Source: Octopus sinensis (taxonomy: Eukaryota). From it: a stretch of DNA of 64,000 bases. The DNA is taken from contig NW_021833710.1 of assembly GCF_006345805.1 (NCBI RefSeq), forward strand, positions 23,371-87,370, written 5' to 3'. The notes under the pieces are model-generated. The model worked only from the letters and a program-made list of their open reading frames with translations, made no database searches and had not been told where the DNA came from. The translations under genes and the position numbers were made by a program. Positions 26,161 through 39,579 of the stretch are shown here, in pieces; the first letter of the stretch is position 1; each line of letters starts with the position of its first letter.

Positions 26161-27864
26161 TATATACACATAAACATATACACACACACATATACACACC
26201 CACCCACCCACTACAAACGCACACAAAGTTTATATATTGGTCCGAACATTCGTGCTTGTGTGTGAGAGCATATAAATCTATACGTATAGGAGGGAGCCAC
26301 TAGCCAAACGAATGATGTCTAACTTGCTAGTTAGATATAAAGAACAGATCACATTTCAAAAATATAAGTAGCAAATTGGATAAATAGGCCTTGATTACTC
26401 TTTGAATGCAGGTTGAGAGGGCCACAACACTGATTGCAGAACTTTTCAATGAGAGATCACAGCACATAATTCTTATGTATAAACGCGCATGGCCACACAC
26501 ACACACACGCATACACACATACACAAACACAACACACAAGCACAATCTTTTTATAGATACATAATACACATTCACATACATATCTAGCAGAAAACACAGG
26601 GTCACCACCTGTCAACATTTTTGTGCAACATGGAGCCTCGTTATAATCCAATGGGTAATCGCTTGGGTAACCTTACATAAATATAAATATACATACATGT
26701 TTACATAGCCAAACTATATTTATGCACAAATTTACACACACACACACACACATACAAACAAATATGTATGGCTTATTTGATAACACTACTTTCGTATTTA
26801 ACGTATATCAATAGAGGCGTATGGCCCTACGTAGCTTTGTTGATTCATAATAAGGACGTTGTAAGCTCGTAACTGAAATTTCATAGGATGTTTACATCGA
26901 AATTTTGGCATAGTCCTCCTATGCGTACTTATATGAGTGTGTGCGTTTGCATTAGTGTGTTTGCGTGCGCTTTCATGTATATGTGCGTATGCAGCGTGTG
27001 CGTGCCTGTGTGTGTATGTGTGTTAGCGTTGGAGACAAACTTGTGGCGAGCAAGTTCGCGTAACGAATAGAGGTGGCGATTGAAATTTCGCGTAAAAACG
27101 GCTGACTGCTGGGTCTTGTGTATAAATTTATAGAAAAACACTCACCTTATAATCTTCTTTCTTCATTAAAAAGCAGTCTTGGAGTATATATGTTTGTGGT
27201 ATATGCACCAACACACATGAATCTGTACGTGTGTGTGTGTGAGAGAGAGTTTATATGAACGTTCGCGTTGTGTCTGTATATATGCCTATATATGTATGTA
27301 TTTATGTATGTATGTATGTATGTATTTATGTATGTATGTCTATGGAATTATGATATGATACGATGTGGTATACGTTTGGTTTGTGTCTGTGTGTCTGCAT
27401 GCGCTTGTTGACACTCTTTCCTGTTTTCCTTAGGAATTGCTTTACGTCGATATTTTCGGCAGTATATTCTTAAGAAATACGTTCTCAGCTACCTTCTCTT
27501 CCTTACTCTCTTAACTCTCTTACTCTCCGTAGCTATCTCTCCCTCATAAACTCTATCGCTCTATCGTTCTCAATTTCTTTCAAAACCAAAATATATATTT
27601 ACGCTCAGTAAGTCTGTTGTTACCTTTCTACTATATTCATAAGAAGTGAGCGCTCTAGATGGCGTCACATGTACGTTGTTTTGTTATGGTGCGCTTGATT
27701 TGTTTGGCTTTTTGCACGACGTATTCTTTCTCTCTCACTTTCCGACTGTCTGTTTGTCTCTGTCTCTCTATCTGTCTGTCTGTCTCTATCTCTCTTTGGA
27801 AACAGTCACTCATCACACATACATGTATATACACATACGCAACACATACATACACACACGTGTG

Positions 27865-28095
<231 letters not shown>

Positions 28096-28794
28096 AATAA
28101 GGATAATATCGATATTATCAAGTGGTCAGCATGGGAAAAAAATACCATACAAAGGTAATAATTTTTTACTAGAAATTATATATATATGTATATGTATATA
28201 TGGCGAGTATGTGCGTATGTGTATATACATTTAAGCATTGATATATATATATATATAATGAGACAAATTGAATAAAAAGCGTAGGTGACGCACACAGACG
28301 CATACAGGCACAATCACAGATATAAAAAAGACGCGCGCGTACACACACATACCTGCACACACAACACACACACACACACACTCACACACACACACACACA
28401 CACATACACACACACTCTCACGCGCACGTACACGCACATCAATGTTAGATTTCCATTCTATTCGAGGTGGCGGCGTGGCTTCTATACTATGACCCAAAGG
28501 CATTTCGTATTTCGCGCGCGAAAATTTCTTGAGCCAATTTCTGGCGAGTTAAAAAAAAAAACTTTGAAATGCCAATATAGCTTCTTTTGAATATATTTCC
28601 AATTTTCTTTATAAATTCTCTCTCTCCCCTCCCCCCCCACCCTCATGAAGCAACCCCCGATTTTATGTGCAGTATAAAACCGCATAGATTTATTTAGCAG
28701 CAAAGCCTTTAATCAATGTGATGTTGTTATTCTCGGATTGTTTGCATCGGCGGAACAATTAGAAGACGTCTGTTGGCGCACACAACACTTAGGA

Positions 28795-28803
28795 TAGTTG
28801 CTA

Positions 28804-28846
<43 letters not shown>

Positions 28847-29685
28847 TGTAGTAGTAGTAGTAGTAGTAGTAGTAGTGATGGAAGTAGTAGTAGTAGTTAT
28901 AGTAGTAGTAGTAGTAGTTGTAGTTATAGTAGTAGTAGTAGTAGTTGTAGTAGTAGTAGTAGTAGTAGTAGTAGTGATGGAAGTAGTTGTAGTGGAGGTG
29001 GTGGTGGTAGTAGTTATAGTAGTAGTAGTAGTGTAGTTGTAGTAGTAGTAGTATAGTAGTAGTAGTAGTAGTGATGGAAGTAGTTGTAGTGGAGGTGGTG
29101 GTGGTAGTAGTTATAGTAGTAGTAGTAGTAGTAGTAGTTGTAGTGAGTAGTAGTAGTCTATCAGTAGTAGTTAGTAGTAGTAAGTGATGGAAGTTATTGT
29201 AGTGGAGGTGGTGGTGGTAGTAGTTATGTAGTAGTAGTAGTAGGTTTGTAGTTAGTTAGTAGTAGTGTAGTAGGAAGTAGTAGTAGTGATGAAGTAGTTT
29301 TATTGAGTGGTGGTGGTAGTAGTTATAGTATAGTAGTAGTAGTAGTAGTTGTAGTAGTAGTAGTAGTAGTAAGTAGTGATGGAAGTAGTTTTGCGTGGAT
29401 GGTGGTGGTGGTAGTATTATATTATAGTTTAGTAGTAGTAGTAGTAGTAGTAGTGATGGAAGTAGTTGTAGTGATGGGGTGGTGGTAGTAGTTATAGTAG
29501 TAAGTAGTAGTAGTTTTCTGTGATGGTGGGGTGATTGTAAAGTAGTATGGAGTGTTGTTAGTAGACTAGTAGTAGTAGTGGAGGTGGTAGTGTTAGTAGG
29601 GTGAAAGTTTTGGATGGTGGCGGTGAGAGGTCGTAGTTATAGTAGTAGTAATGTATTACTAATATTAGTGGTGGTGCTAGGTGGC

Positions 29686-29716
<31 letters not shown>

Positions 29717-29810
29717 ATGGAAGTAGTTGTAGTGGAGGTGGTGGTGGTAGTAGTTAGTAGTAGTAGTAGTTGCTGTGATGGTGGTGGTGATGGTAGAAGT
29801 AGTAGTGGAG

Positions 29811-29845
<35 letters not shown>

Positions 29846-29988
29846 GGAGGTGGTAATGGTAGTAGTGGTGAAAGTTGTAGGGATGGTGGTAGTGGTAGTA
29901 GTGGTGAAAGTTTATGGATGGTGGCGGTGAGAGTCGTAGTTATAGTAGTAGTAATGGTAGTACTAATATTAGTGGTGGTGTTGGTGGC

Positions 29989-30022
<34 letters not shown>

Positions 30023-30288
30023 ATGGAAGTAGTAGTAGTGGAGGTGGTGGTGGTAGTAGTTGCTGTGATGGTGGTGGTGATGGTAGAAGTAGTAGTGGAG
30101 GTGGTTTTGGTAGTAGTAGTAGTAGTAGTAGTAGTGGAGGTGGTAATGGTAGTAGTGGTGAAAGTTGTAGGGATGGTGGTAGTGGTAGTAGTGGTGAAAG
30201 TTTATGGATGGTGGCGGTGAGAGTCGTAGTTATAGTAGTAGTAATGGTAGTACTAATATTAGTGGTGGTGTTGGTGGCAGTAGTATTA

Positions 30289-30345
<57 letters not shown>

Positions 30346-30620
30346 ATGGAAGTAGTAGTAGTAGTTATAGTAGTAGTAGTAGTTGCTGTGATGGTGGTGG
30401 TGATGGTAGAAGTAGTAGTGGAGGTGGTGGTGGTAGTAGTAGTAGTAGTGGAGGTGGTAATGGTAGTAGTGGTGAAAGTTGTAGGGATGGTGGTAGTGGT
30501 AGTAGTGGTGAAAGTTTAGGGATGGTGGCGGTGAGAGTCGTAGTTATAGTAGTAGTAATGGTAGTACTAATATTAGTGGTGGTGTTAGTGGCAGTAGTAG
30601 TAGTTGTAGTAACGGCAGCA
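28795..30620. repeat. Degenerate (GTA)n/(GTG)n array with ~300-bp higher-order repeat
   Basis: The landmark GAAAGTTT..GGATGGTGGCGGTGAGAG recurs at 29603, 29906, 30196 and 30510. Confidence 0.92.
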
Positions 30621-30744
30621 GCAGCAATTACCGAGTCAAACATCTCGTTTTGTGAACATATTGGTTTGCATCAGCGTGCTTCCTTACATCTAGGTATTGA
30701 AGTTTGTCAGCGTTTCATTTAGTGTCTGCTTATGCTTCTATATG

Positions 30745-30965
30745 TGGTTAGGGTGTCAGCATCATGATCGTAAGATTGTGGTTTCGATTCCTGGACTGGG
30801 CGACGCGTTGTGTTCTTGAGCAAAACACTTCATTTCACGTTGCTCCAGTCCACTCAGCTGGCAAAAATGAGTAACTGGCGTCCCGTCCAGCTGGGGAACT
30901 CGTACGCCATTGAAACCGGGAAAACTGGGCCCATGAGCCTGGCTAGCCTTTAAAAAGGGCGCATT
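30745..30965 (+). mobile_element. SINE with family D head and a different tail
   Basis: GTGGTTAGGGTGTCAGCATCATGATCGTAAG...CTTGAGCAAAACACTTCATTTCACGTTGCTCCAGTCCACTCAGCTGG, then an unrelated tail ending TAAAAAGGGCGCATTTATTTATT. Confidence 0.75.
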
Positions 30966-31198
30966 TATTTATTATTATGTGCTTCTATATAGACACGTAA
31001 AGAAAATGAACGAATTTGTGGAAGTGCTTGTATGAATGGGTATCTCTAAATTGCGAGTGTTTAAACTTAATATGTTTCTGTATGCATGTAGGTATGTATG
31101 TATATCAATACACGCGGGTACACAAATGAAGGTGTTTATGCATATATGAAAGTGTGTATATGTGAGCGACTTGTATATGGAAGCGTATGTATATAGAT

Positions 31199-31236
<38 letters not shown>

Positions 31237-31343
31237 CACATACACAAACATATATACATACACACGCACATACTCACACATATACGCAGATATACAGACA
31301 AGCAGACAAACAGATATATACTATTCGCAGACAGAGAGATGTA

Positions 31344-31394
<51 letters not shown>

Positions 31395-31402
31395 ATATGT
31401 AT

Positions 31403-31436
<34 letters not shown>

Positions 31437-31551
31437 ATATATTATATATGTGTATATATATATATAAGTATATATATATGTGTAAATTGTTTGTTTGTTT
31501 TCCACCTGCCTTCGTCTTTTGTCTATTTCATAAAGCTTCCCGTTATATATT

Positions 31552-31601
<50 letters not shown>

Positions 31602-31949
31602 TATATATATATATATATATATAGTATATACTATAATATATATGTGTGTATATACACACGCACACACAGTCACACACACACACACACATACACACACACA
31701 TATATATATATAGAGAGAGAGATGTGTGTATGAATGCATGTGTCTGTGTGTCAGTGCGTTTTACTGTGTTTTCGTGAATAGATTCTAAATAAGTTAATAT
31801 GATAATACCGTGAAGACTGCTCGCATGCTTTTACACTATTACACGTGTAATAGGAAAGTGTAGGATTTTCCTACTATTTACCGTCTGCTTAGATATTTAT
31901 AACGTTTACAGATTTGTTTTCTGCATCTGTCTCTGTTAAGCCATCATCA

Positions 31950-31994
<45 letters not shown>

Positions 31995-32129
31995 TGTGAG
32001 TGTGTGTGTGTGAAGACACACACACACACACACACTCTTTCTCTCTCTCTTTCTGCCTACACACTTTATCTGCCTGTCTCTCCCATCTTCCCATACGCTC
32101 TATCCCACGTTCTCTTTATTGCTCTAAAT

Positions 32130-32316
32130 CAGTGCTCCGCAAGAAGTATGCCGCGACACACTGGTGTGCCACTAGACGATGCTATGTGTGCCGCAGTGTA
32201 ACCTGAACATCATTTTTTTCCCTTATACTTTTAGTTATATTTTTAGTTCATGTGTGTCACCGAATTTTAAAAAGAATATAAGTGTACCCGTAAATTAAAA
32301 AGGTGGCGGAGCACTG
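32130..32316. mobile_element. hAT-type MITE
   Basis: TIRs CAGTGCTCCGC / GCGGAGCACTG, with an 8-bp TSD CTCTAAAT / CTCTATAT. Confidence 0.85.
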
Positions 32317-32355
32317 CTCTATATTGTATATAGTGACAGGATCAGCCAAAATTCC

Positions 32356-32431
<76 letters not shown>

Positions 32432-32464
32432 ATCTATCTCTGTCTCTCTCTCTCTCTCTCTCTC

Positions 32465-32512
<48 letters not shown>

Positions 32513-32563
32513 GTGTATCTCCCCTCTTTCACTTCCCCTTTATCTATATATGTATATAGAGAG

Positions 32564-32609
<46 letters not shown>

Positions 32610-33184
32610 TGTGATAGTGTGTCCGTGTGCGAGAGAGAGAGAGACTGAGTGGCCGAGAAAGGGAGAGCAAAAGAGAAAGTGAGAGAATCAATAGTCAGGC
32701 TGTAGACTCTCCATCGCTTTCAACGATGACTTTTAAGTTCTCAAATCAACCACAATATAGTTTCTGGTAAGAGCGTAGATGTATAAGTGGATCGATCTTT
32801 ACATTTTTGTTTTAATATGTCGTATGATAAATGTGCTTGAATCAACGTTCGTGAACCTCTTGAGTTTAAGGGAATTTCTTTGTTTCCTTTCTTGCTTCAC
32901 ATACACACGCACACACACACACATACATACACACACACACACAAATACACACACAAACACAAATACACACGTACACACACACTCACTCTCTCTCTTTCTC
33001 TCTCTCTCCCTCTCTCTCTCTTTCATACACACACACATACATTTTGCTCTTTACATTCTGAGTTTAGGTCCCGACCTGGTCAACTATGTCTTTAATCATT
33101 TCGGATTCGATAACACAAAGCACCAGTCAAACACTAATAGAGCCTCCCACGTTAAAATTGCTGGTGCTGTGCCCAAATGTGAAG

Positions 33185-33613
33185 CCATTTACTTGTTTCA
33201 GTCATTTGACTGCGGCACCACCTTTGGTCGAGCAAATCGACCCCAGGACTTATTCTTTGTAAGCCTAGTACTTATTCTATCGGTCTCTTTTGCTGTACCG
33301 CTAAGTTACTGGGACGTAAAAACACCAGCATCGGTTGTCAAGCGATGTTGGGGGTGAGGTACAAACAGACAGACAGACACACACACACACACACATACAC
33401 ACACACACACACATACACACACACACAGACACACATATATATATACATATACATATATACGACGAGCTTCTTTGAGTTTCGGTCTACCAAATCTACTCAC
33501 TAGGCTTTGGTCGGCCCGAGGCTATAGTAGAAGACACTTGTCCAAGGTGCCAAGCAGTGGGACTGAATCCGGAACCATGTGGTTGGTAAGCAACCTACTT
33601 ACCACACAGCCTT
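33185..33613 (-). mobile_element. SINE family A
   Basis: Reverse-complement match from head to tail. Confidence 0.85.
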
Positions 33614-33619
33614 CCTGCG

Positions 33620-36015
33620 CCAACAATTTCGCGGGGAGGGGATAAGTCAATTACACCAACCCCTGTGCTCAACTGATATGTGCTTTATCGACACCAAGGA
33701 TGGAACGCAAAGTCGACCTCGGCGGAATTTGGACTCAGAACGTGAAGTCGGACGACATACCGCTAAGCATTTTGTTCGGTCTACTAACGATTCTGCCTGC
33801 TCGTAACCTTAACCCTTAGTAATATTAATTTCAGATTTTGGAACAAAGACTTTCAGATTTCGGTGGAGAGAGCAAGTCGAATACATCGAACCACAGTCCT
33901 CAGCTGGTACTTATTTTATAAATCTCAGTGCTCGACTGGTACTTATTTTAAAGACCCCAGTGCTTGACACTGAAAGGTTGAAACGTAAAGTCGACTTCGG
34001 CAAAATTTGAACTCAGAACACAAAACCGGACGAAATGCTGTTATGCCTTTTGCCCAGCATGCTAACGATTCAGCCAGTAATATTAAGAAAAAGGCAGCGA
34101 GCTGCCACAGCCGTTAGTACTTTGATAAAAATGTGTAGAGGCGTTTTGCTTTCAGCTATTTACGTGCTGATTTTAAATTCTACCGAGGTCGACTTTGCTT
34201 TTCATCGTTAACTAGTCGATAAAATAGAGTAACAGTTAAGTACCAAGATCGATGTAATTGACTATCCGCCTTCCCCCAAATTACAGGGATTTTGCTTCTA
34301 ATTGAAAGAATGATTTTAATTTTTATTAAGCATCGGATATAATATTACAAAGCACTTATTGCATCGTATTACTTTTACCTTCAAAAGCCATTAATTTCGA
34401 CGTGTTTCTGTCATTCTACTGAGAGACTTTAAATTAGTACCACTCAAGTACTGGGTTGACGTAAACATTTCTTCCTCAACAACATTCAAGATATGAGACC
34501 ACTCGCATATTCAGAATTGATTACTTGAAACAACGTGTGTTATAATGTTGAATATGGTTCTGATATTTGGCTGAAATAAGGTGGTGAGCTGACAGAATCT
34601 TGAGCACACGGACATAAACCTTTCTACTATAGGCACAAGGCCAGAAATTTAGGTGGAGGGGGCCAGTCGATTAGATCAACTCCAGTACACAACTGGTACT
34701 TAATTTATCAACCGCGAAAGGATGAACGGTAAAGTCGATCTCGGCGGAATTTGAACTCAGAACGTAAAGGCAGACGAAATACTGTTAAGCATTTCGCCCG
34801 GCATGCTAACGATTCTGCCAGTTCGCCGCCTTGATATAATGTATAACGGCATTTCGTCCGTCTTTACATTCTGAGTTCAAATGTCACCGGGGTCGACTTT
34901 GCTTTTCATCCTTTCGGGTTCGAGAAAATAAGTACCAGTTGAGCACTGGGGCCAATGTAATCGACTTACCCTGTCTCCGGAAATTGCTGGCTTTCTGCCA
35001 AAATTTGAAACTATTAACTGGCTGACGTTTGTTGGAATTTTGTACTGGTTTTTGTTTAGGTTTATCGGAATAAATCTGAAGTATACCAGAATAAATCCCC
35101 AGCTATGTGGGATATGGGGAAGTGAAAAACAAGACTTTTAGAAAGCAATAACAAGAGCAAAAAGAAAAATACATGAATAGCAAGAACATTTTATGAATAG
35201 TGGTTTGAAGTCCGGGCACAATATCAGATTTTGGGTGCCAGACCAAAGTCAGTTTTAACGAACCTAGTATTTGTCTGGTATCGTACCTAGAACAAATCCA
35301 GGAAAACATGAAATTTGAAATCGACTGCGGCAGGTTTTGAACACGAAACGTAAAGGAGTAGGACATTTTATCTGACACTCAGTGTCTTCTGGCAATTAAA
35401 ATAAAAATAATCTTTTCTACTCTTGGCACACGGCCCGTAATTTTAGGGGATGGGGCAGTCGATTAAATCAAACCCAAAACGCAACTGCTACTTAATTCCT
35501 CGACTCTGAAAGGCGAAGTCGACAGCGGCGGAATTTGAACCCAGAACGTAAAGACAAACGAAATACCGCTATGCATTTTCCCGGCGTGCTAAAATTTCTT
35601 ATTTCTTTATTGCCCACAAGGGACTAAACACAGAGAGGATAAATAAGGACAAACAAATGGATTAAGTCGATTAAATCGACCCCAGTACGTAACTGTTACT
35701 TATTTAATCGACCCCGAAAGTATGAAAGGCAAAGTCGACCCCGGCAGAATTTGAACTCAGATCGTAAAGACAAACGAAATACCTATTTCTTTAATACCCA
35801 CAAGGGACTACACGCAGAAGAGACAAACAAGGACGGACAAACGGATTAAGTCGATTACATCGACCCTAGTGCGTAACTGGTACTTAATTTATCGACCCCG
35901 AAAGGATGAAAGGCTAAGTCGACCTCGGTAGAATTTGAACTCAGAACGTAACAGCAGACGAAATACGGCTAAGCATTTCGCCTGGCCTGCTAACGTTTCT
36001 GCCAGCTTGCCAGCT
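33620..36015. mobile_element. Cluster of about eight family B SINE copies of mixed age and orientation
   Basis: The AAAGTCGAC...GGAATTTGAAC core or its complement occurs near 33710, 33990, 34190, 34735, 34890, 35520, 35735 and 35920. Confidence 0.85.
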
Positions 36016-37558
36016 TCAACTACAATAAGAAATAATGAATTAAAGAAGACTCCTGAAACTATCCTTTGACGGGTAAGAAATAATAGTCGAGTATCCTTCA
36101 AATTACACCTTAATTTGTCTTAAAAACAAAGGCTGCCTGTCCTATCTGCACTATCTGAATAGTTCAATGGGTAATCATAGGTAAAATATTTTTCAGAACA
36201 ATAACAATGATGGCGAGAATAACAAAGTTGGCGAAGTCAATATTAACAACAACACGAACCTGAAGACAACCGATTCTCGAAATCCTAGAAAGAGTAGTTA
36301 AAAGCTCCGCAAATCATGTGAAAGTGCAAAAATGAAAGAAAAAAAGAAAATGAGGTAAGGGAAAAATTATCTTGGATGTAGTGTAGAGATTTATAGTTCT
36401 GTAGTCTTGTGATTACAGATTTGTTTGATAAAGACTAAGCTGATCTAAATAACAACAGCAGCAACAATAACAAGAACAAGCACAGCATGGGTGAACGTAG
36501 CAGTATGTGTAGGAACAGGAGAACCACCAGTTGTCCCCCTCCCACGATCACCACTCATCATCAACAAAAATGTATTCGAAACCACGTGATCAATTGATGT
36601 CCTAAAATTAGCAGCCATATTGCTCTTGAATAAGGATTTACTGGTTTAGAAAAGATATACTAAATTATGCAATGTGTTACTTACGTACCTGCGCCGAAGA
36701 AGAATGCGAATTGGTCAGGGTTGGAACGCTTTTTAACATAATTCTGCTTCATTTGGGATGAATTTGATGAACAGCAAAGCCAATAACTATACCGACAACG
36801 ACGAACTAAATAGGGGTCATTTATTCCGTCGTTTGATCTCTTCGAAGGAAGAAGAAAACCTACCTCAACTTACGTCTTACAGTCTTAAAAATAGAAAAAT
36901 AAAACACATATACGAAAGGGATGGCTACAGATAAAATATGCTATCTCGTTAGCTTACTCAATCAGTAAATACCTGGAAAATAAACAATAATCAACAATTA
37001 AATAATATAAAAGAAAACGACAATAAAACCAACAACAAAAATTCAACAAATACTAACGAAATAAATGGTTCCCTTCCGAGTAAAGACAGGGAAGTTTTGT
37101 CAGGTTTTGAATTGAAAGAACTGGATCGATTGTCCGTGCAGCGGACGAAATATAGGGTTCCCTGAGAAGGATAATCACATACAGTTAAACAAAAAGGTTG
37201 GAAACGCTGTCTTGGTACATGCAGAGAAACACACCTGTAAATACGGCATTTAAGCCGAAGGCAAAGGATAGACAGCACAAGTAGATGGTATCTTCTTGTG
37301 GCAGCTAAGAAGAACAGAAAAAAATTAACAGATCCGTCAGTCTGAGAGAAGAGTCTTTGTACATTACTTTCCATTTAGGTGAATAGTCACTATACAAAAG
37401 AAAAAAAAACCCTTCAATATTACTGAATTTCTGTTTACAACGTTGGGTCATTACTGGTAGGTATTTGGTTGCAGTCCTTCTTGTGAGTACAGGTAAGGAA
37501 GAAACATGAAATCCTTCTGTTTAATTATGCAAGTTGTATTTCAGAAGTATGCAGTATA

Positions 37559-37787
37559 GGCGTAGGAGTGGCTGTGTGGTAAGTAGCTTGCTTATGAACC
37601 ACATGGTTCCAGGTTCAGTCCCACTGCGCGGCACCTTGGGCGAGTGTATTCTACTATAGCCTCGGGCCGACCAAAGCCTTGTGAGTGGATTTGGTTAACG
37701 GAAACTGAAAGAAGCCAGTCGTATATATGTATATATGTATACACACACACACATATATATATATGTATACGTATGTATGTATGTATG

Positions 37788-37821
<34 letters not shown>

Positions 37822-38066
37822 TGTATGTATGTATGTATGTATGTATGTGTGCGTATATGTTTGTGTGTCTATGTTTGTCCCCCAACATCCCTTGACAACC
37901 GATGGTGGTGTGTTTACGTCTCCGTAACTTAGCGGTTCGGCAAAAAGATCCCCGACAGAATAAGTACTAGGCTTACAAAGAATAAGTCCTGGGATCGATT
38001 TGCTCGACTTAGGGCGGTGCGCCAGCATGGCCACAGTCACATGACTGAAACAAGTAAAAGAGTAAG
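37559..38066 (+). mobile_element. SINE family A, full length with expanded (TATG)n
   Basis: Head and tail are intact. Confidence 0.92.
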
Positions 38067-38149
38067 ACTTTTTCAGAGGAGACATTTTATAATTTCAAAG
38101 AACTACAAAAGCCAAATCTCCTTCAAAGTAGGCTCCTCTGGCATCACAG

Positions 38150-38640
38150 CATATGTTGTGTTTCAGATACTTCATGAAGGCCGCATGAAAGTCCTCTAAA
38201 ATGAAGGTGTCCGGGGCCTTGTCACAGTGTCTTTCATCTTCAAAATGGCTGTCCCAGATTGTTCTTCTTCGACTTGCGGAACAACCAAAAGTCACAAAGA
38301 GCAAGGTCTGGACTGTAGCAGGGCTTTGATGCCTATCTCCGTTAAGTAGTTGCTTACTTGGACATTCGTCGCTAAGCACCCTAGGAATAAACTCTGCATA
38401 CATTTTGAGTATGTTCAGATCTAGCCACATCGGCTTTAAACTACGATTATTGTCTTTATAGGCACACATTTGCCTTCATCCAAAAAATGGCGTATTTTCT
38501 CAACCAGCTCCGATGTACAGATGTCCCGCTACTTCCCACAGTTCTCATCGTCTCTCAACTCTTCTCTACCGTCCTTGAAGTCTCTTGAGTCACTGCAAAA
38601 ATTAATCCATATGCGGTCAAGAGTATTTCATAAGTTTCTG
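38150..38640 (-). pseudogene. Decayed, internally deleted mariner transposase
   Basis: Minus-strand peptides FKDGREELRDDENCGK*RDICTSELVEKIRHFLDE and DLNILKMYAEFIPRVLSDE (WVPHEL-like linker) match mariner N-terminal motifs. Confidence 0.7.
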
Positions 38641-38654
38641 TTGTGTTTTTACCT

Positions 38655-38673
38655 AGTGACGGTGGTAGCAGTG

Positions 38674-38713
<40 letters not shown>

Positions 38714-38733
38714 AAGTAGTAGTAGTAGTAGTG

Positions 38734-38782
<49 letters not shown>

Positions 38783-38795
38783 CAGTAGTAGTAGA
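38655..38795. repeat. (GTA)n microsatellite; a complementary (CTA)n tract lies at 39028-39097
   Basis: Direct inspection. Confidence 0.95.
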
Positions 38796-39041
38796 AAGTG
38801 TGTGAGGAGGCTTTATGTGGCCGTTCAGTTTGCTAGAAGCAGTTGTCATATTTTCCCCAGATGATCCCTACCGTCTTAAAAGGGACACGGGATTGTCACA
38901 GGTAAGACGCCTTTGCTGAAGGGATCCGGAGCCAAGCAACAACAGTAACAACAGTGGGAGCAACGGCAGCAAACGTTCCCTTCGCTTGTTATTGTTACCG
39001 TTGTTGACTTTGAACTGCAACAGCAATAACTACTACTACTA

Positions 39042-39097
<56 letters not shown>

Positions 39098-39392
39098 GCA
39101 CCAACACCACCACCACCATACACTATCTCAAACATCGTAAAAGATGAAACGGAGAAGAGGAAATTTTAAATTTTAAGAGGTCGATTGAATTATGTTGAAC
39201 AAATTAAATCTTTTAAGCCCAATCCATTGCCAAGTAGACCATCAGCCAAAAGCATTCAAGCATTAAACGACTTGACTTTTTTTCATATATATATATATAT
39301 ATGTAAGACTACACTTTTTTAATGTATGTCTCCATTCTTACGGCAACGGCTGTTGGACATAATTTTAAGAAGATTCGACAGTCATTTTTAGC

Positions 39393-39579
39393 TAGGGGAG
39401 CGACTACGCAAACGTTCTCATATTAGCCCGGTTTAAGCATACCGCTTAGATCGCAATGTTTTTGGTTTGTGTAAGCAATCCGAAAATGCAGACACTGTAT
39501 TTCAGATTGCCTATACAGACAAAAATTAAAGATCTAAGCGCTATGCTAAAATGAGAACAATTACGTAGTCGTTCCACTA
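39393..39579. mobile_element. Old TA-flanked MITE
   Basis: TAGGGGAGCGACTACGCAAACGTTCTCAT...CGCTTAGATC pairs imperfectly with GATCTAAGCG...ATGAGAACAATTACGTAGTCGTTCCACTA. Confidence 0.65.

Noticed and set aside
27650-27670. CTCF/YY1-like motif CTCTAGATGGCGTC
   Set aside because: A single partial match is expected by chance in 64 kb.
28795-30620. CRISPR-like or telomeric array
   Set aside because: No constant repeat with unique spacers and no TTAGGG-type tract; this is eukaryotic simple-repeat DNA.
29681-30722. 172-201 aa Gly/Ser- and Val-rich ORFs as a structural protein gene
   Set aside because: The frame shifts at the same position in every repeat unit and no splice context is evident. Kept as a satellite.
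31790-31960. Hammerhead-like CCTGATGATGGC on the minus strand
   Set aside because: The closing stem II strand and GAAA are missing.
36991-37374. 127-aa minus-strand ORF in non-repetitive sequence
   Set aside because: No recognisable motif or convincing splice sites, and the plus-strand frames are interrupted by stops.
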